Shown here: piece after piece, positions 1 through 9,120 of the stretch | Layout of the letters: each line of letters begins with the position of its first letter | Position numbering within the stretch: position 1 is the stretch's first letter | Source of the DNA: Terriglobia bacterium | GTDB taxonomy: Bacteria; Acidobacteriota; Terriglobia; 20CM-2-55-15 | NCBI GenBank assembly: GCA_965198225.1 | Contig: CBDAOY010000006.1 | Span: 544,001-608,000, forward strand | Reading direction: 5' to 3' | Length of the DNA: 64,000 bases | Translations under genes and position numbers: made by a program | Notes under the pieces: generated by a model | What the model saw: the letters and a program-made list of their open reading frames with translations, nothing else | The model's database searches: none | What the model was told of the DNA's origin: nothing

Positions 1-65
1 CCCCCTACCTTTTAAATCGCCGAGTGGCGAGCAACCGTCCTCCCGGAGTCGGTAAACGAAGCGGC

Positions 66-184
66 GTTACACGCGGGGAATCGCCGCGGCGGTGTTTTTC
101 CTTTCAAAATGTCTGCCCGTCGGGGTTACACGCGGGGAATCGCCGCGGCGGTGTTTTTCCTTTCAAAATGTCTGCCCGTCGGGG
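66..184. repeat. Perfect 59-bp tandem duplication
   Basis: gttacacgcggggaatcgccgcggcggtgtttttcctttcaaaatgtctgcccgtcggg occurs at 66-124 and again at 125-183. Confidence 0.95.
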
Positions 185-489
185 CATTTCTTTTCGGGCC
201 GGTAGTGCGGACTTCCGATTGGACGCTATCGGTAAATTGTCCAGTCGGGGGTAACACTGGCGCGGACTGACGCAATTCCCATGCGCTAACAAATACTCAT
301 TGCGAAACCGGTGTTGCGCTATTGCATCTTTTTCAAGCCCGCGGCCCCAGCGGATAAGAGTCGGCAACCACGCGACAATCGCGACAATGGAGTCGCGTCG
401 AGAACGGCTTTATCCAGTCGCTGCCCACGCATGTTGCTGAGGATGTTACGTCGTGAATTGCGCGCGGGCTTGCTTCATGCGACGCCTTC

Positions 490-1572
490 GTGGCTATCGG
501 CGTCGCATACCGGCCGCGTAATCCGGAAACGACAGTGCTGTATCAGGTCGTCGCGGAACAACTGGAAACTTTCCTCGCCAGACAACAGGAGCGCGACCGT
601 CCGGTCCTCCGGTTTGTTGAAAAAGAATTCCGTACCTTTTTGGATTGCGGTATTCTCGCGCGGGGTTTTCTGCGGCTTCACTGCCAGGACTGTGGACAGG
701 ATCGGCTGCTGGCGTTTTCCTGTAAAGCGCGCGTCTAGTGACCTGTAACAGTAGGCCTTGGAACTGAGGCCGACCCTCAACAAGCAGATCCCCTGTCAGA
801 AGACGATCCCGGTATGGCCGCTCTGCTGGCCAGTTCCGTCGGCCGCAGGATTGCGGTCGGCCGCAATGCCGGCCATGGCGTCGTGCGCATGGGAGACCAG
901 ATCGACCCAGACAGCATGGACGCCTTCGAGGGCCCACGCTGCGCCATGGTTTCTGGCTTCAGTGTGCACGCCAATATCTGTGTTGAGGCTCGCGACCGGT
1001 TGCGCCTGGAAAGGCTGATGCGCTATGCGGCCCGTCCCGCAGTCGCTACCCAACGCGTGACGGTACTCCCCGATGGCCGGCTCCACTACCGTTTGAAACG
1101 TCCATGGCGTGACGGAACCACCGCTGTTGTTTTCGAGCGCCAGGACTTTATCGCGAAACTAGCGGCCCTGGTCCCGGCGCCGCGCGCTCACCTGACGAGG
1201 TACCAGGGAGTACTTGGCCCTGCTGCAGCGTGGAGGTCCTTGATCGTTCCAGCCAGCCATGACAGTCGCAGGGAAACCGAAGTGAAACCGCGGCCTACCG
1301 CCCAACAATCAGCCGAGCTGACTGTTGCGGCTGAGCCCTGCACGGAATCATCTGCGCGCAATCGCAATTACACCTGGGCGGAGTTGATGAAACGTGTCTT
1401 CCTGGTGGACGTTCTTCAGTGTGAACATTGCGGCGGAAGGATGAAAATCCTTGCAGCAATTCGTCCGCCCACGGTCACAGTAAGAATCCTGGAGTGCCTG
1501 GGCCTGCCTTCCCGCGCCCCGCCTCTGGCGCCGGCCTCTTCCGACTACAACTGCCAGATGGACGCCTTCTGA
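490..1572 (+). pseudogene. IS91-family (rolling-circle) transposase with internal deletion
   Basis: 490-738 encodes the Zn-binding N-terminus (YRPRNPETTVLY...DCGILARGFLRLHCQDC...AFSCK); 814-1572 encodes the C-terminus (GFSVHA, RYAARP, PRAHLTRYQGV, CEHCGGRM); the middle is missing and replaced by an 18-bp MITE end at 735-752. Confidence 0.85.
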
Positions 1573-1712
1573 ACGTCGACGTCACGACGCTGCGGGACGG
1601 GTGTGTCTCCGCAAGACGGAAAACTGCCTTGAATCTGCCGCCTGCCCGGAACATCCTGCCTTGAATCCCCCGCGCGACGGCCTGCGGCCGCGCGCGGGTG
1701 TACATAACACCC

Positions 1713-3039
1713 CACTAGTGTCCGGTTAGAAGTCGAATAGAACCAGCTGGTTAGGATCTTGGAGTTCATTGAATTGGGAATCAGGCGCGTGAAAGGCCTG
1801 CAAAATGGGCTGTTTCTCAAGAATCGCAATGCTGAGAATCTGTAGGATTTGGTAAAGACTCCTATCGATGCCGAGGCGCTTCCGGATGATGGCGACGAGA
1901 ACATAAACCGAAATGGCGATCCAGATCTGGGTCTTCACCGCATTCTCGCTGGTGCCGTAGAAGGACTTGATTCGAAGGTGTTGTTTGATCCATTTAAAGA
2001 AAAGTTCCACCTGCCATCGCGACTTGTAGATCTGAGTGATGGTGAGTGCAGGCAACGCGAAGTTGTTGGTCAGGAACTTCAACCGCTTGTTCGTCCCGGC
2101 ATCGAAGTAGCTGATACGCCGCAACGGATCGGGATAGGTTTTGGCGGATTTGTTCGTTGTGAGGATGACCGTCTGGTCGGATCGCAATCCCGTGGTCGTG
2201 TCCACCCGACGGGAGTACCGCCGCCGCAGGACGACGTTCTTCTTAGCACGCACCACAAAGAAAGCGGAACAGAGGGAGAAGAGAAAGAGCCGTTCAAAAT
2301 CGATATAGGCGCGGTCCATGACGTAGAAGGCACCCGCTTCGGGTGCGATCTCATCGAGAACGTTGACGTCATGGACTTTCCCGTCTGTGACGTGGATAAA
2401 CGCGGGAATGTTGCCGTGAAGATCCAGCAGTGTATGCATCTTGACCGCGGCTTTGTGCCGGCGAAACCGGGCCCATGGGAATAGTGAAAGACACAGGTCA
2501 ATGGTGGTCGAGTCCAGGGCATACAGACCTTGATCCAACTCGACGCCGATGGGGTCTTCGGCATATAACGGCCGCGCCATGCCGATCAGGACCTGTGCGA
2601 AATCCGCATAGATCCGCCAGTCGCGCCGCTCGTTGGCGTCGGCCAGTGTCGTCCGCGCCACCTTGCTTCGGAATCCCATGTGGTAACGCTTTCTGCCGAG
2701 GGCGCGTAAGCAGGCTTCGATGTCGCGGAGGCTTTCACGATAGGTCAATTGGGCGAATGCCATCGCCAGGAACTGATCCCAGCAGGAAAACCCTTTCTGC
2801 TGGTAATCGCCCCGATAGCGGGCGACACACTTCTGAAACTCGTATCGGGGCGCGTAATCCATGACTTGTGAGAAGACGGTTTGGCCTGAGTTCATGCGCC
2901 ATTGGTATCACCCCTCTCACCGTAATATTGCTAAAAGTGTGATCGGCAGGTTCAAATCGAAAAATCGTAGAATGCCCTTCAACTCACTGTCCATCTATAA
3001 GTTGCCGGCGGCTGTTGCACCGTGTTCCGGACACTAGTG
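1713..3039 (-). mobile_element. Complete IS4-family insertion sequence
   Basis: Perfect 13-bp TIR CACTAGTGTCCGG (1713-1725 / 3027-3039); 9-bp direct repeat ATAACACCC at 1704-1712 and 3040-3048; encloses a transposase. Confidence 0.93.
1726..2895 (-). CDS. IS4-family DDE transposase (DUF4372-type N-terminus)
   Basis: 389 aa; LDSTTIDL, VMDRAY and YKSRWQVELFFKWIKQ (IS4 YREK-type motif). Confidence 0.93.
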   Translation of the reverse strand: MNSGQTVFSQVMDYAPRYEFQKCVARYRGDYQQKGFSCWDQFLAMAFAQLTYRESLRDIEACLRALGRKRYHMGFRSKVARTTLADANERRDWRIYADFAQVLIGMARPLYAEDPIGVELDQGLYALDSTTIDLCLSLFPWARFRRHKAAVKMHTLLDLHGNIPAFIHVTDGKVHDVNVLDEIAPEAGAFYVMDRAYIDFERLFLFSLCSAFFVVRAKKNVVLRRRYSRRVDTTTGLRSDQTVILTTNKSAKTYPDPLRRISYFDAGTNKRLKFLTNNFALPALTITQIYKSRWQVELFFKWIKQHLRIKSFYGTSENAVKTQIWIAISVYVLVAIIRKRLGIDRSLYQILQILSIAILEKQPILQAFHAPDSQFNELQDPNQLVLFDF

Positions 3040-3109
3040 ATAACACCCATACCACGACAATGTCCGTGCTGCCATCGTCGTCAGACCCTGCTTATACCGC
3101 TTATCCGCA

Positions 3110-3242
3110 GGTGAGCGCTTTGGACATCGTGACGTTGGCCGGGGCATGTGCCACTCTTCTCGCCGCCTCTATCGCGGCGGGATACTTACCTGGGCGACGC
3201 GCTGCTCGGATCGACCCGATGGCGGCACTCAGAGCCGAGTAG
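3110..3242 (+). pseudogene. C-terminal remnant of ABC/MacB-like permease (ADOP-like)
   Basis: ...AGYLPGRRAARIDPMAALRAE* is the typical permease tail; the upstream part is replaced by IS DNA. Confidence 0.75.
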
Positions 3243-3439
3243 CCCCGGTCCTAGCGCCAACGTGCAGCTCCATCAGGCGATAGGTCCTGCCTTGTCGCCT
3301 AGGGTTTACCATTTTTGCGGAAGTGAATGGCTCTACCCTTCGGCGTTACTCAGGACCTAAAGTCTTTCTTGTCTGGAAGTGCCATTCGTAGTTAACTTTA
3401 CCCAGATTCTCACGGTCCGCTTCAGCACGCACTGGCACC

Positions 3440-3541
3440 ATGGAACCTGGCACCAAACTCAGCCACTATGAAATCTTGTCCGCCATCGGCAGAGGTGGCA
3501 TGGGGGAGGTGTGGAAAGCCCGCGACACAAAGCTCGGCCGC
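3440..3541 (+). pseudogene. N-terminal fragment of Ser/Thr protein kinase
   Basis: MEPGTKLSHYEILSAIGRGGMGEVWKARDTKLGR closely matches the start of the intact kinase at 52606; similarity then stops. Confidence 0.8.
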
Positions 3542-3724
3542 AGGCCGTCGCGCGGACCTGAGCAGAGTGGTCGAGCTAGATCGAGTTGGGCGGCCTCCGT
3601 CATTACTATGTGTGTATGGCGGCCTGAAGGATCTGGGATGAATAAACAGGAACCACACCGGCCCCGGTTCGCCGCTTTGGCAAACCGGGCCGACGATACG
3701 AGTATACGAGAGCTTGACCGAAGG

Positions 3725-3815
3725 ATGAGTCAACACGAAACCATCATAGGGGAAGCGCTTTCGGAAGCTGATGTCGCTGAGTATCTGCGGAGTTACCCGG
3801 ATATCTTCGAGCGGC
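3725..3815 (+). pseudogene. Possible DUF484 (YigA-like) N-terminal fragment
   Basis: LSEADVAEYLRSYPDIFER resembles the DUF484 N-terminal motif; short match only. Confidence 0.35.
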
Positions 3816-3903
3816 TCCGCATGCCTCGCCGCTTCCTTTGCCCGACGACGCGGAGCTTTTCCGCTCCGTCATATTTATGACGTTCGCGCCGCAGCTCTGA
3901 CCG

Positions 3904-4761
3904 ATGCCGGAATGGGGTTCCCTGCTTGAATACGCGTCGGGCATGCGCTTGGACTCATCGCCGGCCCTGCAGCGGATCGAAGAGACCTTGGAGGACGTCT
4001 TGTGGCAGACGCGCGCTGGTCTGCCGCAGATGGTGATCTGGATTGGCGTAGCCGTTGTGCTGATCTGGCTTACGCAACGATGGCTTGAGGGCCATTGGAT
4101 CGCGGCGACGGTCCTATGGGTAGGCGTTGGCTTGATCGTGTTGATCGCATGGATACTCGTGAGCCTTCTGCTTGCCTTCGCGAAACACTCTATCGCGTTA
4201 TATCTGTGCTGCTATCTACTCTTCGATCAACACGACCGCGCAATCTGCGGTGTTCGATGGGCGCTCGAGCACCGTCTGCCCATCGTCTTGTATCTGCGCG
4301 GTTTCGGAGACGAGCAGGAATCGGCCGCGCACCATTTCGTCGAGCAACAGCTCGTGAACGCCGTAAGAATCAACGATGCGTTTATGCACCCTGTCGTAGT
4401 CGTCGCGCTCGGCAGCCCGTTAGTCGATCTGAGCGATTCCCTTTTCCCCATTCCGAGGCTCTTCGTTGGATCGCGTTGGGACGACTTCGTTTCTGCCCTC
4501 GTTTCTCGAGCAAGCGTTTGCGTCATCCTCAAAGGCGGCTCGGGCTCCGGTTTGGATTGGGAGATTGGCGAGATCGTCAAGCAGAATCGAGACAATCGAA
4601 CACTGCTCGTCAGGGTGGATTCGAAGGAGTCTCGAAACGCAGAAGACGGGCTCGAACGCAAAATTTCGCAAAGTGACATCAGGCAGTTCGATTTCCCTGA
4701 AACCGGTGAAATCGAAGCGTTGGAGCAGCTTTTCGGAACATATTCGCCGGATTCGTCATGA
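3904..4761 (+). CDS. Hypothetical membrane protein with C-terminal alpha/beta domain
   Basis: 285 aa; 2-3 hydrophobic helices, then PIVLYLRGF...GSGLDWEIGEI. Confidence 0.6.
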   Translation: MPEWGSLLEYASGMRLDSSPALQRIEETLEDVLWQTRAGLPQMVIWIGVAVVLIWLTQRWLEGHWIAATVLWVGVGLIVLIAWILVSLLLAFAKHSIALYLCCYLLFDQHDRAICGVRWALEHRLPIVLYLRGFGDEQESAAHHFVEQQLVNAVRINDAFMHPVVVVALGSPLVDLSDSLFPIPRLFVGSRWDDFVSALVSRASVCVILKGGSGSGLDWEIGEIVKQNRDNRTLLVRVDSKESRNAEDGLERKISQSDIRQFDFPETGEIEALEQLFGTYSPDSS

Positions 4762-5222
4762 AGCATGACGACCGAAAATCTCTCGCCAGAATCGATCTTT
4801 CCAAAGCGAACATCGAGAAGACGTCTGACAGGCGCCGTTACCGGCCCGCGCGACTGTTTCTTTACGGGCTGTTCTACGGGCCCAAGATTTCGAGGCTCGT
4901 CGACTACTCACGGTACGCGACGGGGCTGTTCTCTCCCGCCGAGTTCGATCCGCTCGAAACGATCCGCGATCTAGAGATGAGCAAACCACGGCTCCCTTCG
5001 CCGCTTCATCTGTCGCGGCCGCCGGACGAGAAAACGGCGAAAGCCCGCGGTTGGCCCGTGTGGTCGAAGACGGACATCGCCGAGATCGAGAGGTGGAACT
5101 GGCGCCAACTCTCGGCAGCCAGGCAGGATCGAGCCGCGGACATCCTCACGAATCCGAGGGCCTGGCTGAAGCTCCGCCGGATGATGCATCAACGGCGTAT
5201 GCGGGGATATGTGCAGCGATAA
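4758..5222 (+). CDS. Hypothetical protein
   Basis: 154 aa; ATGA overlap with the upstream stop suggests translational coupling. Confidence 0.45.
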   Translation: MKHDDRKSLARIDLSKANIEKTSDRRRYRPARLFLYGLFYGPKISRLVDYSRYATGLFSPAEFDPLETIRDLEMSKPRLPSPLHLSRPPDEKTAKARGWPVWSKTDIAEIERWNWRQLSAARQDRAADILTNPRAWLKLRRMMHQRRMRGYVQR

Positions 5223-5720
5223 GATCGGCTGCGGGGCGTTCGATCTCGTGGCCATGGCGGTCGCCAAGCTATCCGCCGGAAGTGGGGCAGAGGATAGTTC
5301 GACCGGATCACCTTAAGTTTCCAATGCGACGGCGAAGCGGCGGACTTATTCCGGAAACCTTTGTTTGCCCGTGTGTTTGAAGCCCCTGAACGCGGCGAGG
5401 CTTCACCATCACCATGGATCTTCGACTGCGCGTCGTCAGAATTCGCACGAACGCGCCTTTTTGTTCGGTGTGTGCAGGCCTTAAGTCTTGGCTACTGGCC
5501 GTACGCTGCAGACGCACAGAGGCATAGAGAGAAGCCCGACACCTGCAGGCGGTGGTAGCAACGTGCAAACTAACTGGAAAAGTGAGAACGATGCCGTGGC
5601 GAAACGCTGGATTACTCCTGCCTTGTCGCCTAGCGTTTAGCAATGGCGGAATCCAATTTGTCAGAAATCGGCCGCTAGGAGACCAGTCGTTCCCCAGAAA
5701 CGCCGTTCTGGGAATGCGTA

Positions 5721-7322
5721 TCATATGCTCAGTGAATCAGGCCGCCGTTGCCGTGACAACAACCATTCGAACAAGGTTCGCGACACAAATACCGATGTAA
5801 ACAAGTTGGTCACGAGTCCGATGGCAAGCGTGACGGCAAAGCCGCGGACTGATGCCGTTCCGAACAGGAACAATGACATGGCTGAGATCAGTGCGGCCGT
5901 GTGGGTATCGACGAGCGTGACAAAGACGCGGCCGAAGCCCGTCGCAACCGAAGACACCGGCGTTTTCCCCGACCGTAGTTCTTCCCGGATCCGCTCGAAT
6001 ATCAGAATGTTCGAGTCGATGCCCACGCCGATAGTCAGGATCACCCCGGCAATCCCCGGCAGAGTCAGCGACGCGCCAAAGTAGGCCAGCGCGCTGAAGA
6101 GAATGAGAATGTTCAGAATCATCGCCACGGTAGCGTTAACTCCCGCCATCCGATAGTAGAAGAGCATGAACAGAACAACGGCGACCAGTGCCACGACTCC
6201 AGCGAGAATCCCTTGCCGAATCGAGTCCGCGCCAAGCGATGCGGATACCTGACCTTCGGCCAGGTACTCGAGAGACGCCGGCAGTGCCCCGCTACGAAGA
6301 ACGAGAGCCAGGTCCTGTGCCTCCTGGAGCGTGAAACCACCTGAACCGCCCCGGATAATGCCCGAGGTGCTGATCCGCTCTTCAATGCGCGCCGCTGACT
6401 GGATCCTGTCATCGAGAACGATCGCGAGAGTCCGCCCGATGTTTTGTTCGGTAACACGTCCGAATCGTTGTGATCCGTCAGGGGTGAGCGTGAACCCCAC
6501 CGCCGGCCGATTGTTTTCGTCACGGGAGGTATAGGCGGATCGCAGGTCCCGGCCCGTGATCGCGGCCACGCGGCGCACTGCGTACCATGTCTCGGACGAA
6601 TCAGTTGCATCTCGTTCCCCCGACTCCATCAACTCCAAATCAGCCGGCAGCGTTTCACCGTAGGTCGCCCTGGCCGCCTGTTCGCTCGCGAAGGGGCCCG
6701 AGTCTGCGAGCTTCACTTCGAGAAAAGAAGTGGACTGTACGACTCCGCGAACGCGATCAGAATCCTCGACTCCGGGCAATTGGACGAGAATCTCATAGCG
6801 GCCGGAGCCGCCGTATCGCTGAATCACCGGCTCGGTCACTCCGAGCCCGTCAACCCGATTTCCGATTGTGAGCATCGCTTGAACGACGGCTTGATCACGG
6901 AAACCATTTTCCGCTGTGGCTTCCATCTGCACGACATACGTATAGGGAGGGCTTCCCGTAACGGATACGACGTTCCATTCTGGAAACTCTTCGTTCAAGA
7001 TCCGACGGACATCTCTACCTTTCGAGGAGTCGACGCCGGCGATCCGGAAGCGGTTGACTTCGAGGCGGGAGTCCTGCCTGAAACGGACGTTGTCCCGTTC
7101 CAACGCCTGGCGAAGACGTTCAATTGCACGGTCGGTCTCCGCTCGAACGGCATCGTCGGTGACGACTCCAAGAATGAGGTGGGTACCGCCTTTAAGGTCC
7201 AGGCCCAGTTGGATCCGCGCCTCCATATTGGCGAGGCTTGGCGGAAAACCCATGAGCAGGTAACTCGCGAAACAAGTGACACAGACGATAATCAGTAGAC
7301 GAGCTCGAATCCTCTTGTTCAT
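5721..7322 (-). CDS. secD: Protein translocase subunit SecD
   Basis: 533 aa; LGLDLKGG, GVTEPVIQ, ILVQLPG, LRSGALPA, TLPGIAGVILTIGVGIDSNILIFERIREE. Confidence 0.95.
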   Translation of the reverse strand: MNKRIRARLLIIVCVTCFASYLLMGFPPSLANMEARIQLGLDLKGGTHLILGVVTDDAVRAETDRAIERLRQALERDNVRFRQDSRLEVNRFRIAGVDSSKGRDVRRILNEEFPEWNVVSVTGSPPYTYVVQMEATAENGFRDQAVVQAMLTIGNRVDGLGVTEPVIQRYGGSGRYEILVQLPGVEDSDRVRGVVQSTSFLEVKLADSGPFASEQAARATYGETLPADLELMESGERDATDSSETWYAVRRVAAITGRDLRSAYTSRDENNRPAVGFTLTPDGSQRFGRVTEQNIGRTLAIVLDDRIQSAARIEERISTSGIIRGGSGGFTLQEAQDLALVLRSGALPASLEYLAEGQVSASLGADSIRQGILAGVVALVAVVLFMLFYYRMAGVNATVAMILNILILFSALAYFGASLTLPGIAGVILTIGVGIDSNILIFERIREELRSGKTPVSSVATGFGRVFVTLVDTHTAALISAMSLFLFGTASVRGFAVTLAIGLVTNLFTSVFVSRTLFEWLLSRQRRPDSLSI

Positions 7323-7465
7323 AACGCACCTGAGTCCCGGATGCGCCGATGCGGTCCGGATCGCCGATGCCGGGACAGGGAAGAATTGGTGGTTGGACCC
7401 GCAGGTGCCGAGAAACCAAACGCAGCTTGCGGCACTACGGAAGAACGGTCGTTTGAACTCGAGGT
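7323..7465 (-). promoter_or_regulatory. Structured secD leader with SD-sequestering and alternative hairpins
   Basis: SD-containing CAGGTGC (7332-7326) is complementary to 7408-7402; 7410-7405 can instead pair with 7435-7430; inner stem 7334-7340/7370-7376. Confidence 0.55.
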
Positions 7466-7786
7466 CTAGATCCGAAGAACGTGGTGTTTGGCGAGAATGT
7501 CGTCTGGAGCCCTCAGAGAGGCTGTTCTCTGGATGAAGAGCTCTTCCGTTGGATCGCCATTTGGCCTGGGTGTGTCGACACTGAATCGTGACAGATGAGA
7601 CTTGCAGTCATCGTTCAGCGTGAGATGCTGGCGAGGGTGCAGTTCGGGGGGAGCCAGCGGCGCAAAAGCCAGGTGGTGGTCGTCAGTGCCTTCCTGGGTC
7701 GCACTGAATTCGGTCCCGTACGTCGCAGAGCTGCACACGCCGAGGACCAAGATCAACATCAGTGCAATTGAGACACTACGCAACAC
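7466..7786 (-). CDS. Putative secreted leader/arrest peptide upstream of secD
   Basis: GTG start with upstream GAGGA; 106 aa; signal-like N-terminus (VSIALMLILVLGVCSSATYG); ends LRAPDDILAKHHVLRI*. Confidence 0.55.
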   Translation of the reverse strand: MLRSVSIALMLILVLGVCSSATYGTEFSATQEGTDDHHLAFAPLAPPELHPRQHLTLNDDCKSHLSRFSVDTPRPNGDPTEELFIQRTASLRAPDDILAKHHVLRI

Positions 7787-7919
7787 GAATTTATTGTGAT
7801 CCTCGCAGGTCGAAAACGCAATGTTATCGACGAATCCCAACGGAGCTCGGCGGTACAATTCGCTATGGGATAATCAACCGCGCCCACGCTTCTACGGCGG
7901 GCCACCTCCACTGAAGTCC

Positions 7920-8906
7920 ATGAAAGCGATCATCCTCACAACCTACGGGTCTCCTGACGATCTCGAGCTGCAGGAGGTCGAGAAACCCATTCCAAAACAC
8001 GGCGAGGTCTTGATAAGGGTCCACGCATCCGCGGTGAACGACTGGGAATGGGGACTCTTGCGAGGTAGGCCGCTCTTCATGCGCGCCTTTGGCGGTGTTC
8101 TGAAACCCAAGATCCGAATCATGGGTTGTGACGTGGCCGGGTGCGTTGAGGCCGTCGGTAGAGACGTCGAACATCTCAAAGCAGGTGATGAAGTGTACGG
8201 CGACCTCAGCGAAAGCGGCTTTGGCGGTTTTGCCGAGTATGTCTGTGCAGCTGAAGGATCGGTCGTGCTGAAACCGCGGAACGTCACCTATGAACAGGCT
8301 GTCGCGATACCTCACGCCGGAATGCTGGCCCAGCAGGCCCTCGCTGGCATCGGCCGAATAGACCGAGTGCAGACGCTCTTGATCAATGGCGCGGCTGGGG
8401 GCGTCGGCACGCTCGGTGTGCAGCTTGCCAGGCTGCACGGCGTTGAGGTAACCGGCGTCGACAGCGCCTCAAAACAGGACTTCCTGCGCTCGCTTGGGTT
8501 CGACCATGTCATCGATTACACACAGGAAGACTTCACCAGGACTGGCCGGAGCTACGATCTGATCCTCGATGTGAAGACCAATCGTTCGCCGTTCGGGTAC
8601 GCGCGTGCACTGAAGCCCAATGGGACCTATGTCACCGTTGGAGGCTCAACGCCTCAATTGTTGCAGTGCTTGGTGTTTGGCCGATGGATTGCTAGGACGA
8701 GGAATCGGAACATTCGTATTCTGGCCCTCAAGCCCAACAAAGGGCTCGATGACATGACGAAGCTCGTGGAAGCAGGCAGAGTCGTGCCGTCGATCGATGC
8801 CGTCTATCCGTTGAGCGAAGTCCCCGAAGCACTGCGACGCCTCGGAGAAGCGAGCCACAAAGGAAAGATCGTTATCAGTATGCGGGAGAATGTCGCCAAG
8901 TGTTGA
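7920..8906 (+). CDS. NAD(P)-dependent alcohol dehydrogenase / quinone reductase (MDR family)
   Basis: MKAIILTTYGSPD start, GGFAEYV, INGAAGGVG, HKGKIVI. Confidence 0.9.
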   Translation: MKAIILTTYGSPDDLELQEVEKPIPKHGEVLIRVHASAVNDWEWGLLRGRPLFMRAFGGVLKPKIRIMGCDVAGCVEAVGRDVEHLKAGDEVYGDLSESGFGGFAEYVCAAEGSVVLKPRNVTYEQAVAIPHAGMLAQQALAGIGRIDRVQTLLINGAAGGVGTLGVQLARLHGVEVTGVDSASKQDFLRSLGFDHVIDYTQEDFTRTGRSYDLILDVKTNRSPFGYARALKPNGTYVTVGGSTPQLLQCLVFGRWIARTRNRNIRILALKPNKGLDDMTKLVEAGRVVPSIDAVYPLSEVPEALRRLGEASHKGKIVISMRENVAKC

Positions 8907-9120
8907 GGATCTCCCTGGACTCGCTGCCGAGGTTATTGGGTTGGCAGACCGCCGAGCCGCAGATTGACCGGCTGCTCCAAAGAACTGGAATCGGTCACTC
9001 CTGGAGCGTACCTTCTTTGAGTCGCAGCGATGTCGGAGAATTGGGGACAGCTCTCGTCTCGAAGCTCGATCGATGTTATAGCATCCAGCCGACCGGGAAA
9101 CTCGCAGCCAGGAGGATGAG

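Noticed and set aside
66-184. Possible CRISPR array (also 17765-17850 and 33267-33385)
   Set aside because: Only two copies each, no series of unique spacers, no cas genes
3440-3880. 146-aa ORF as one gene
   Set aside because: Chimera of a kinase start and unrelated fragments
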